Virus record (IMG/VR): IMGVR_UViG_3300048833_000100
Coordinates: 9,896-73,895 of that record
Origin: a virus
Strand: one strand, 5' to 3'
Length of the DNA: 64,000 nucleotides
How positions within the stretch are numbered: position 1 is the stretch's first letter; the number at the start of each line of letters is the position of its first letter. Below the pieces are notes generated by a model. The model was given only the letters and a program-made list of their open reading frames with translations. It searched no databases and was not told the origin of the DNA. A program made the position numbers and the translations under genes. Below are positions 56,669-64,000 of this stretch, one piece after another.

Positions 56669-57202
56669 TCACTCCCCGTCTTCATAGACCGCTGGCAAGT
56701 CGGGCAACATGCCCGGCAGGCTCGGTTGCGAGACGGGGGGTAACCCATCCCCAGAGGGCAGCTGTTGCTCGCCCTGAAGCATCTTCGGCACCTGCCGGAG
56801 CTTCTGCTCGACTTCGGGCAATGGCCTGGGCTGATCCGATCCTGCCAGTAGGATCGTGCCTCTGACCGTGGCATAGCGTAGACCGTCCCGGTTCTTGCGC
56901 CAGGCCACATGGCTGTTGATCGCATAGACATTGACCGTGCCGGAGCTGCCCACCTGCAGCACCTGAACCCAGTTGCCTTCCCGCAGAGTCTCCATGGCTC
57001 GGCGGATCGAGATCTTGCTCACTCCCATCAGCTCGGCCAGGGCATTGTGGGAAGCTGCAACATAATTATCCTTATCAGCCAGAACCACGAGCTGGTGCAT
57101 GAGGGCCGCTGCCATGGGCTTCTCCAGGGTCAGCTGCTTCCATGCCTCATGGGTAGACAGATCGGTCTGAACGAAACCCTGCAAGGGCGCCGGTGTCTTC
57201 AT
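56669..57202 (-). CDS. rep: Plasmid replication initiator, pBBR1 Rep/RepL family
   Basis: FVQT..STHEAW..L..EKP.AAALMHQLV, winged helix, GTVNVYAINSHVAW...RD.LR and GEQQLPSG...SQP.LPGM.PDLPA co-linear with pBBR1 Rep as recalled. Confidence 0.88.
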   Translation of the reverse strand: MKTPAPLQGFVQTDLSTHEAWKQLTLEKPMAAALMHQLVVLADKDNYVAASHNALAELMGVSKISIRRAMETLREGNWVQVLQVGSSGTVNVYAINSHVAWRKNRDGLRYATVRGTILLAGSDQPRPLPEVEQKLRQVPKMLQGEQQLPSGDGLPPVSQPSLPGMLPDLPAVYEDGE

Positions 57203-57560
57203 AGGTTCTCCAGATGAGCAGGGGTGTGTTCATCTCAGCCACGAATCGTATCTGGCAGCATGTCTTCCCGTATCTGACTGGTCAATCCACGACTCAGACC
57301 GTGCTCATCTGAATGAGCAGGGGGGTGCTCATCTAGGTGAGCAGACCCCCCTGCCCAAGCCCTTGATTCACAAGGCTCGAAATCTTGCCCTCTCTTATGA
57401 TCTACAGGACAGGGGACGGGTCGTGTCGTGTCGGGCGAAGCGGCTCCCCACAAAGCAAGCGCCGACCGATGCGATGCGGCCCAGCCCCTGCCTGTCTTGC
57501 GAAAACTTATCCACAGATCACAGCTCTGCCTCTGTTCTCCTTTCCAGGAGTCAAGGGAAA
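57203..57560. promoter_or_regulatory. Putative plasmid origin of replication (Rep-binding inverted repeats plus DnaA box)
   Basis: AGATGAGCA-N6-TGTTCATCT (57212-35), TGCTCAT-ctga-ATGAGCA (57302-19), TGCTCAT-ctag-GTGAGCA (57326-43), TTATCCACA (57507-15). Confidence 0.75.
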
Positions 57561-57613
57561 AGCCATAATGAAAGGAGGAGCATGGCATCCACTATCCGAA
57601 CCATAGAGGCACT

Positions 57614-57886
57614 ATGAGACCCTTTGAGAACAGCCGCTTGCTCCCAGAAGATGATCCAGACGAGATCTACTCCGCCCATGCTTCAGACAACTATCCCCGC
57701 ATCTCGCAGATCACTGTCGAGGTCTTGTTGGTGGGAATGTCCGAGCACATGCTTCGGATCAAGGCGGATGAAGATAGCCCTGCCCGGTGGGTCCACCGGC
57801 AGGGCATCAAGATCCTCTCCATGTCAGACCCGACAGCCACCCTCTCCATGACCGAAGCCAAGGCTATCGACTTGGGTCTGGTCTGA
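57614..57886 (+). CDS. Hypothetical protein
   Basis: SD gagg; WVHRQGI...LSMTEAKAIDLGLV. Confidence 0.65.
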   Translation: MRPFENSRLLPEDDPDEIYSAHASDNYPRISQITVEVLLVGMSEHMLRIKADEDSPARWVHRQGIKILSMSDPTATLSMTEAKAIDLGLV

Positions 57887-57890
57887 TGTT

Positions 57891-57910
57891 ACACCACACC
57901 AAACCACACC
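57891..57910 (+). repeat. (ACACC)x4 site downstream of par operon
   Basis: acacc acacc aaacc acacc. Confidence 0.75.
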
Positions 57911-57988
57911 GAATGTTCAGGCGGTGAGGTTGGAATGGGGTGGCCCGGAAGTTCTCGCGTTCCTTCGGGCCGGGCCACCCCAGGCGGG

Positions 57989-58336
57989 CTACTTGCGCGG
58001 GTGCTGCTCCCGCTCTCGCAGGTAGCTCGCCATCATCGCCTCGAGCATCTCGCCGTTGGTCAGCCGGGTGGCAATGCACAGCCTGCGGAAGCTCTCGTAG
58101 ACAGGTTCCTTCATGCGAAGAGACATCTGCACTGTCGGTTCCTTCTCCCGCCGTTCCCGACGGCTCCAGCTCTCCTGCTCCAGCTTCTCTTCTGCCTTGG
58201 CCGAGACCTTCTCCAGGACCTCGGGCGGCAGGAGATCGAGGCCGGGCTTCACGGGCTCGGAAACCATCCGCCGTGCCTTCTCTGCCTCAGCTGCCACGGC
58301 CGAGACAACATCCACAAACTCCATCTTATGCGCCAT
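57989..58336 (-). CDS. Partition adaptor, ribbon-helix-helix ParB/ParG-like
   Basis: Flexible N-terminus, C-terminal TVQMSLRM-KEPVYESFRRLC-TNGEMLEAMM RHH; overlaps parA stop. Confidence 0.75.
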   Translation of the reverse strand: MAHKMEFVDVVSAVAAEAEKARRMVSEPVKPGLDLLPPEVLEKVSAKAEEKLEQESWSRRERREKEPTVQMSLRMKEPVYESFRRLCIATRLTNGEMLEAMMASYLREREQHPRK

Positions 58337-59039
58337 GGTTCACCTCCTTCGCGCCCGGACGACTCCAACCCCGGATGTCGTCAATCCACCCCATCACACC
58401 CTTCAGCTCCTCGACGAAGAGCTCGGCATTGCCAATTGCCTTGGGAACCCCGGAGACCTCGTTCACGTCGAGATCGTAGAGGGAGCCGCCGTAGGCGCTC
58501 AGTGCCGCAAAGGCAGTCCGTTCAGAGAGCTCGGTGGTGAAAGCCCCGATCTTGTCGCGGATCTGGGTGTTCACCGACCGTTGCAGTCTCGACTTCACCG
58601 CGGCCTTGGTCCGGGTGAAGAGGATGCGGACGGGGATCTCCCGGTTCCGCTGCATGGCTTCCCGCTTCAATTGAACCAGGGTGTCCACGGCCTGCTTGGC
58701 TTCCTCGTGCTCGTCCCCCATGGGGATGATGACGAGATCGCTCTCCGACATGGCGATAGCCGTCAGGCTCCGCCCTGCCCCTTGGGTGTCGATAATCACA
58801 TAGTCCGAGGCAGCCTTGGCCCGGTCCAGCTCGCCGATGAAGCTCCGCTCACCCTTGGAGGCGATGACCTTCAGACGTGCATGGACCGGCGCCCGCTCGG
58901 ACCAGCTCACGAGGCTCTGGTTCGGGTCGGTGTCGATCATCGTCACCCGATGATGGCGCATCAGGATGGTGCCAAGGATGATCGCAGACGTGGTCTTTCC
59001 TACGCCGCCTTTCGACGACGCGAAGCAGATGACAGGCAT
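58326..59039 (-). CDS. parA: Type Ib ParA partition ATPase
   Basis: SSKGGVGKTT deviant Walker A, IDTDPNQSL, VIIDTQG and SDLVIIP; no N-terminal HTH. Confidence 0.92.
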   Translation of the reverse strand: MPVICFASSKGGVGKTTSAIILGTILMRHHRVTMIDTDPNQSLVSWSERAPVHARLKVIASKGERSFIGELDRAKAASDYVIIDTQGAGRSLTAIAMSESDLVIIPMGDEHEEAKQAVDTLVQLKREAMQRNREIPVRILFTRTKAAVKSRLQRSVNTQIRDKIGAFTTELSERTAFAALSAYGGSLYDLDVNEVSGVPKAIGNAELFVEELKGVMGWIDDIRGWSRPGAKEVNHGA

Positions 59040-59105
59040 CGGCAGTTCTCCAGTTTTCCCAAGACTGAGGCTGCTCCCGAATCTGGGACCTGTCCAGAGA
59101 AAAAT

Positions 59106-59158
59106 ACACCACACCGAACCAAATCACCATTTTTTCGCCCAAAACCCCACACCACACC
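59106..59158 (+). repeat. Two ACACC arrays in the divergent parA/helicase promoter region
   Basis: acacc acacc gaacc aaatc, then acccc acacc acacc. Confidence 0.75.
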
Positions 59159-59220
59159 ACCAGATGTTGGGTTTTTTGGTGGTTTCCGCCCCTGAAAATG
59201 AACTCCAACAGGATCCCTAC

Positions 59221-60606
59221 ATGAATACCGTGACACTGACCCAGGGGCAGAAAGACGCCGCAGACGCCTTCCTCGAGTTCCTCCTGACCGATGCGAAGAC
59301 CTTCGCCATCTCCGGCTCGGCCGGCACAGGCAAGACCTTCCTCATGACCTATCTCTCTGACCGGGTCATGAAGCTCTACGAGCAGGCCTGCAACCTCGTG
59401 GATGTCAAACCTGACCTGACCCAATGCGTCTTCACCGCCACGACCAACAAGGCGGCCGAGGTTCTTGAGCAGGGTCTGAAACGACAGGTCACCACAATCC
59501 ACAGCCTCCTCGGGCTGAAGGTCACCGAGAACTATCGCACCGGCAAGACCGAGATCCAGAAGACCCAGAACTGGCGGACCCGGTCTGGACATATCGTCTT
59601 CATCGACGAGTGCTCGATGATCGACAAGGTCCTCTATGCCATCATCATGGAGAGCTTCCCCAACTCGAAGATCGTCTTCGTCGGGGATGCGGCCCAGATG
59701 GCTCCGGTGGGCGAAAGCCAGTCGGTCCTCTATGACCACCTGGATCCGAACCACCACGTCACCCTGACCGAGCCTGTCCGCAATGCCGGGCAGCCTGCCC
59801 TGGTGGCGCTCTGCAGCCAGCTCCGTGAGACCGTCGAGACCGGCATCTTCAAGCCGATCAAGGAGGTTCCCGGAGCCATCGAATACCTGGATGCCGATGA
59901 CATGCAGGCCGGGCTTCGCCACTACTTCACCGATCTCGATCCCGCTTGTCGGGTGCTCTGCTACACCAACGAGCAGGTGCAATCCTACAACGAGTTCATC
60001 CGGGAAGAGGTGCGTCACCTGCCGGTCGAACCAACGGTCGGGGACATCATGGTGGTGGCTCAGGCCTTCTCCCGCGGCAACATGACGCTCTCGGTCGAAC
60101 GGGAGCTGCAGGTCTACGCTGTTGGTGAGGTCGAGGAGAACACCAAGTTCCAGGATTGGGGTGTCACCATCCCCTTCCGCAACCTGCGGGTTGGGGCTCC
60201 CGGCATGACCAATGTCAACCCGGACCTCCTCATGGAGATCCCGGTGGCGGTCTACCCTGAGCAGGTCACTCGTCTGGTCAAGGCCACCGCCAAGCAGAAG
60301 GACTGGTCCACCTACTTCGAGGCCAAGGGCGCCTTCGCAGACCTTCGGGATAAGTCAGCCTGCACGGTCTACAAGGCCCAGGGCTCGACCTATGACGCAG
60401 TCTTCGTCGACCTCACCAACATCGGCGCTTCCTACGATCCCGAGCAGGTGGCCCGGATGCTCTTCGTGGCCTGCTCGCGGGCACGGAGCAACGTCTATCT
60501 CTATGGCCAGCTCCCCGGCCGTTACAACGACTCGAGAGGCAAACCCCTATGGACACCCAAGGATTCATCCGAGAAGTCTTCGAAGCCATCTTTGGCAGCG
60601 AAATAG
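59221..60606 (+). CDS. SF1B Dda/RecD-like DNA helicase (N4 gp37-like)
   Basis: GSAGTGKT, TATTNKAA, IDECSM, GDAAQ and TVYKAQGSTYD motifs. Confidence 0.93.
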   Translation: MNTVTLTQGQKDAADAFLEFLLTDAKTFAISGSAGTGKTFLMTYLSDRVMKLYEQACNLVDVKPDLTQCVFTATTNKAAEVLEQGLKRQVTTIHSLLGLKVTENYRTGKTEIQKTQNWRTRSGHIVFIDECSMIDKVLYAIIMESFPNSKIVFVGDAAQMAPVGESQSVLYDHLDPNHHVTLTEPVRNAGQPALVALCSQLRETVETGIFKPIKEVPGAIEYLDADDMQAGLRHYFTDLDPACRVLCYTNEQVQSYNEFIREEVRHLPVEPTVGDIMVVAQAFSRGNMTLSVERELQVYAVGEVEENTKFQDWGVTIPFRNLRVGAPGMTNVNPDLLMEIPVAVYPEQVTRLVKATAKQKDWSTYFEAKGAFADLRDKSACTVYKAQGSTYDAVFVDLTNIGASYDPEQVARMLFVACSRARSNVYLYGQLPGRYNDSRGKPLWTPKDSSEKSSKPSLAAK

Positions 60607-61037
60607 AGCGTCTCAAGACCACGCTCAACGAGCTGATCACCCAGAATGGTCTGCGGGGCAACCCGTCCTATGGCTTCCTCTATGGGGGGGCCTTCCATAC
60701 CAACATGGATCCCAAGACCCTGGCCAAGTTCCCCAAGAAGATCCTGCACCCGGACCTCCGGGAGCAGGGCCAGATCTATGTCCAGGAAAAGGCGATCCTC
60801 GATCGTGGACTGGCAGAGGTGAGGCATGCGCTCACCGCCCTCCTGAAGCCCTGCAAGGACCTGCAGGACATTCGGGATCTGCTGACCAACACGGTCGTCT
60901 TCTTCCTGCCCAGTCTCCAGGGGATCCCCCGGACCCGAGATCCGGGCTGGGCTTTCGCAGGCAACACCATCGAGATGCACAACTTCCAGCACACCGTCGG
61001 GGTGCTGGAGGCCCATCTCGCCAACCGGCTCATCTGA
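60549..61037 (+). CDS. N4 gp38-like hypothetical protein
   Basis: GFLYGG and CKDLQDIRDLL motifs; lies between helicase and polymerase. Confidence 0.75.
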   Translation: MDTQGFIREVFEAIFGSEIERLKTTLNELITQNGLRGNPSYGFLYGGAFHTNMDPKTLAKFPKKILHPDLREQGQIYVQEKAILDRGLAEVRHALTALLKPCKDLQDIRDLLTNTVVFFLPSLQGIPRTRDPGWAFAGNTIEMHNFQHTVGVLEAHLANRLI

Positions 61038-61044
61038 GGCAGAC

Positions 61045-63090
61045 ATGAAATACCAGACCTTTTCCGACATGGCGACCGACCGCTTCGAGGTGGCCATCCT
61101 TGTCCCGAAGCTCTCGGCAAAGGACATGCGTCGGGAATACATCGAGGCTCAGACCCTCGATCCGACTGAGGTCATTGCCTATGAGCTGCTGCAGCAAGGC
61201 AAGAAGACCCCTGCCACCGTGCAGCGGGAATACCTCGACGAGCTGGTTCCCGTGCTTGGCGACCTTGGGGTGAAATACCTCATGGTCGGGGAGACCGAGT
61301 ATTTCAAGACCCTCTGCGGGGTCCGCAAGGCCGAAGCCTATCTAGGCTATGCGATCCCCAATGAGTGGCCGGAAAACATGGCAGGCCAGTTCATGGTCTT
61401 CTATGTGCCCAACTATCGGCAGGTGTTTCACAACCCGGCCCCCACCCGAGCCAAGATCACCCAGGCCTTTGATGCGCTCTGGAACCATCGGCAAGGGCAT
61501 TACCGAGATCCTGGCTGTGACATCATCTCCTTCGCAGCCTACCCCTCCACACCCACCGACATCGCGGCTTGGCTCGACAAGCTGATCAAGATGGATGTGG
61601 ACCTCACGGCCGACATCGAGACCTTCTCCCTGAAGCATCACTCGGCCGGCATCGGAACCATCGCCTTCGCCTGGAACAAGCACGAGGGCATCGCTTTCCC
61701 AGTGGACCTCTCGGAAAATCCAGAGGCTGTCCGGCGCTTGCTCGGCCGGTTCTTCCGGGAGTTCAAGCACAAGCTGATCTGGCACAACATCAGCTTCGAC
61801 GCCTATGTCCTGATCTACCAGCTCTTCATGGAACACATCTGCGATACCGCGGGTCTCCTCGATGGGCTGGAGGTCATGCTGAAGAACTGGGATGACACCA
61901 AGCTCATCACCTACCTGGCGACCAACTCCTGTGCTGGCAACGACCTTGGCCTCAAGGCTCAGTCCCAGGAGTTCTCCGGCAATTACGCGGTCGAGGAGAT
62001 CAAGGACATTCGGGCGATCCCGCTTCCTGAGCTGCTTCTCTACAACCTGGTCGATGCGCTCTCCACATGGTTCGTCCGGGAGAAGCACTGGGACACCATG
62101 GTGGCCGACAATCAGCTCGAGATCTACGAGACCCTGTTCAAGCCCGCCATCTGGGACATCATCCAGATGCAGCTGACAGGCCTTCCGATTGACCTCGAGC
62201 GGGTCAAGGAGGTGAAGGCAATCCTGGAGGTCGATCACGTCGCAGCCCTGCATCGCATCCAGAGCCACAAGCTCACCAAGACCCTCACCCACATGCTCAA
62301 CGATGAGGCTGAGGCGGCACGCTATGAGGACTGGCTCGACCGTAAGGCCTCCGGCATCAAGGTCCGACCCTATACCCCCAGCAAGGGAGATCTGGAGTTC
62401 AACCCGAACTCTCCGCAGCAGATGCAGCGCCTGCTCTATGAGCTGGCTGGCCTTCCCATCATTGAGAAGACAGCCACAGGTCAGGCTGCCACGGGCAAGG
62501 AGGTTCTCGAGAAGCTCCGGGCAGAGACCGAGGACCCCAAGCTCCTCGACCTCATTGACGCCTTCCTGGCCTATGCTGCCGTGGACAAGATCCTCACTGC
62601 CTTCATCCCAGCCATGGAAGGAGCGGTGCTTGGACCGGACGGCTGCCATTACCTCTTCGGGAACTTCAACCTGGGCGGCACGGTCTCCGGCCGACTGTCT
62701 AGCTCCAACCCGAACCTGCAGACGATCCCGGCAAACAGCAAGTATGCCAAGATCATCAAGTCCTGCTTTAAGGCTCCCAAGGGCTGGCTCCTTGTCGGAC
62801 TCGACTTCGCCTCCCTGGAAGACCGGATCTCGGCTCTGACCACCAAGGACCCCAACAAGCTGAAGGTCTATACCGACGGCTTCGACGGGCACAGCCTCAG
62901 GGCTCAGAGCTACTTCTCCGAGCAGATGCCTGACATCGAGCTGGCCCCGGAAGGTGCCCGCTGCTTTGAAGCCAAGATCGGGGACCGAACCATATGGTTC
63001 CACGAGCAGGAACAGGTCTCCTACCTCGGTCAGGACATGACCGGGCTGGAGCTGTGGGAGCGCCTCATGAACGTCAGGGTCGCGGCATAG
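61045..63090 (+). CDS. DNA polymerase family A, N-terminal part (exonuclease plus motif A)
   Basis: ADIETFSL, HNISFD, YNLVD, GTVSGRLSSSNPNLQ and GLDFASLEDRI; motifs B and C absent. Confidence 0.93.
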   Translation: MKYQTFSDMATDRFEVAILVPKLSAKDMRREYIEAQTLDPTEVIAYELLQQGKKTPATVQREYLDELVPVLGDLGVKYLMVGETEYFKTLCGVRKAEAYLGYAIPNEWPENMAGQFMVFYVPNYRQVFHNPAPTRAKITQAFDALWNHRQGHYRDPGCDIISFAAYPSTPTDIAAWLDKLIKMDVDLTADIETFSLKHHSAGIGTIAFAWNKHEGIAFPVDLSENPEAVRRLLGRFFREFKHKLIWHNISFDAYVLIYQLFMEHICDTAGLLDGLEVMLKNWDDTKLITYLATNSCAGNDLGLKAQSQEFSGNYAVEEIKDIRAIPLPELLLYNLVDALSTWFVREKHWDTMVADNQLEIYETLFKPAIWDIIQMQLTGLPIDLERVKEVKAILEVDHVAALHRIQSHKLTKTLTHMLNDEAEAARYEDWLDRKASGIKVRPYTPSKGDLEFNPNSPQQMQRLLYELAGLPIIEKTATGQAATGKEVLEKLRAETEDPKLLDLIDAFLAYAAVDKILTAFIPAMEGAVLGPDGCHYLFGNFNLGGTVSGRLSSSNPNLQTIPANSKYAKIIKSCFKAPKGWLLVGLDFASLEDRISALTTKDPNKLKVYTDGFDGHSLRAQSYFSEQMPDIELAPEGARCFEAKIGDRTIWFHEQEQVSYLGQDMTGLELWERLMNVRVAA

Positions 63091-63139
63091 CCGCGCCCCT
63101 TGAGATCCCCATCAGGTCACTAAATCAAAGGAGGGCGTT

Positions 63140-63364
63140 ATGCTCACATTCGATGTTTCCGTCTCCGGTGGACAGGTTGGCCGCCAATTGGCAGCTGATC
63201 CTGAAGAGCTCCGGTATGCCCTAGAAGCCATCATGGAAGAGGTTCCTGTTGTTGAGCTGGGAGAGGATCTAATCCGGCATCTCCACAGCTTCGGTCAGGC
63301 CCAGGAGCTCGCAGACTTCCTGCGGGCGCTGGCCGACCGGATCACGGCGGAATGGGACAAATGA
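63140..63364 (+). CDS. Hypothetical protein
   Basis: SD aggagg. Confidence 0.7.
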   Translation: MLTFDVSVSGGQVGRQLAADPEELRYALEAIMEEVPVVELGEDLIRHLHSFGQAQELADFLRALADRITAEWDK

Positions 63365-63651
63365 AGCTCTACACCGCCCACCTGCAGGCCCTCCAGGGCT
63401 TCTACGCCTCCAACGTCTATGTGCTGGCCCCGGACATCTTGCAAGCCGTTCAACGGGCATTGCAGGGGATCAAGAGCCACGTCGCCGAGCAGATACACGA
63501 CTACGGGGGCTTCTTCGTCCTGAACTGTTCGCAGCCGGATGAACCAGGCCATGCCGAAGAACTCGCCGACTTCTACCGTAGGGTGGAGATCGAGTTGCGG
63601 CGGAAACTCTACGAGATCCCCGAAGGGGTCATCGTCAAAGTGAGGAGCTGA
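63361..63651 (+). CDS. Hypothetical protein
   Basis: ATGA overlap with the upstream gene. Confidence 0.6.
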   Translation: MKLYTAHLQALQGFYASNVYVLAPDILQAVQRALQGIKSHVAEQIHDYGGFFVLNCSQPDEPGHAEELADFYRRVEIELRRKLYEIPEGVIVKVRS

Positions 63652-63654
63652 ATC

Positions 63655-63840
63655 ATGAAATCCCCAACCATCACTGAGATGCGGAAGGCTCTTGCTGACG
63701 ACATCTACGACAGCCTGACCAATGACCGCACCTATCGGTCCTGTGTGGCCGACCGCATCGTCAAGGATATGGATGATACTCAGGTCATCCAGGCCTACGA
63801 AGATGCCGAGTTGGGCAGCTCGGTAGATGATGAAGTCTGA
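63655..63840 (+). CDS. Hypothetical protein
   Basis: SD gaggag. Confidence 0.6.
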   Translation: MKSPTITEMRKALADDIYDSLTNDRTYRSCVADRIVKDMDDTQVIQAYEDAELGSSVDDEV

Positions 63841-64000
63841 ACCATGTTCCTACTCATTGCCTGGCTCCTCATCATGGTTTTCCACGCCATCAATTGGTAT
63901 TGCGGAGCGCCTGCCCGGTGGTCATCGGTCTTCTGGTTGTCAGTCGCTCTTCTGTCTGAACTCCTCGCCGATTACAGCGAGCTTCCAATATGATCACTCT

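Noticed and set aside
58966-59220. N-terminal extensions of helicase (from 58966) and ParA (from 59114)
   Set aside because: They overlap each other and the repeat-containing intergenic region; motif positions favour starts at 59221 and 59039.
58849-63003. Long minus-strand ORFs opposite helicase and polymerase
   Set aside because: Antisense shadows.

Overview
The window is most of the genome of a GC-rich N4-like phage (Schitoviridae). Gene content suggests an alphaproteobacterial host, probably Rhodobacteraceae-like (inference). It reads continuously through the normal N4 genome end at about 35.6-36.3 kb. Minus strand, 1.5-35.6 kb: the late module, with a giant virion RNA polymerase, structural genes, major capsid, portal, GH19 endolysin, tail fibre and terminase. 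Plus strand, 36.3-64 kb: early and middle genes, with five hairpin vRNAP promoters, gp2, the two-subunit RNAP II, AAA ATPase, VWA/metallopeptidase, dCTP deaminase, helicase and a DNA polymerase whose C-terminal part is absent from its ORF. The stand-out feature lies at 56.7-59.2 kb between dCTP deaminase and helicase: a complete-looking plasmid maintenance module. It comprises a pBBR1/RepL-type Rep, an origin with inverted repeats and a perfect DnaA box, and a type Ib ParA plus ribbon-helix-helix adaptor. A (ACACC)x4 motif flanks the par operon and recurs at about 15 intergenic sites across the window. Together these suggest an N4-like phage-plasmid with a dispersed centromere or operator system. 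Other oddities are a homing endonuclease cassette that supplies its own recoded replacement 3' end for RNAP1, a structured ncRNA candidate ending in an aberrant tRNA-like element, an inverted fibre module, and gene cassettes bounded by direct repeats. All family assignments come from motif recognition and synteny recalled from memory, not from database searches.
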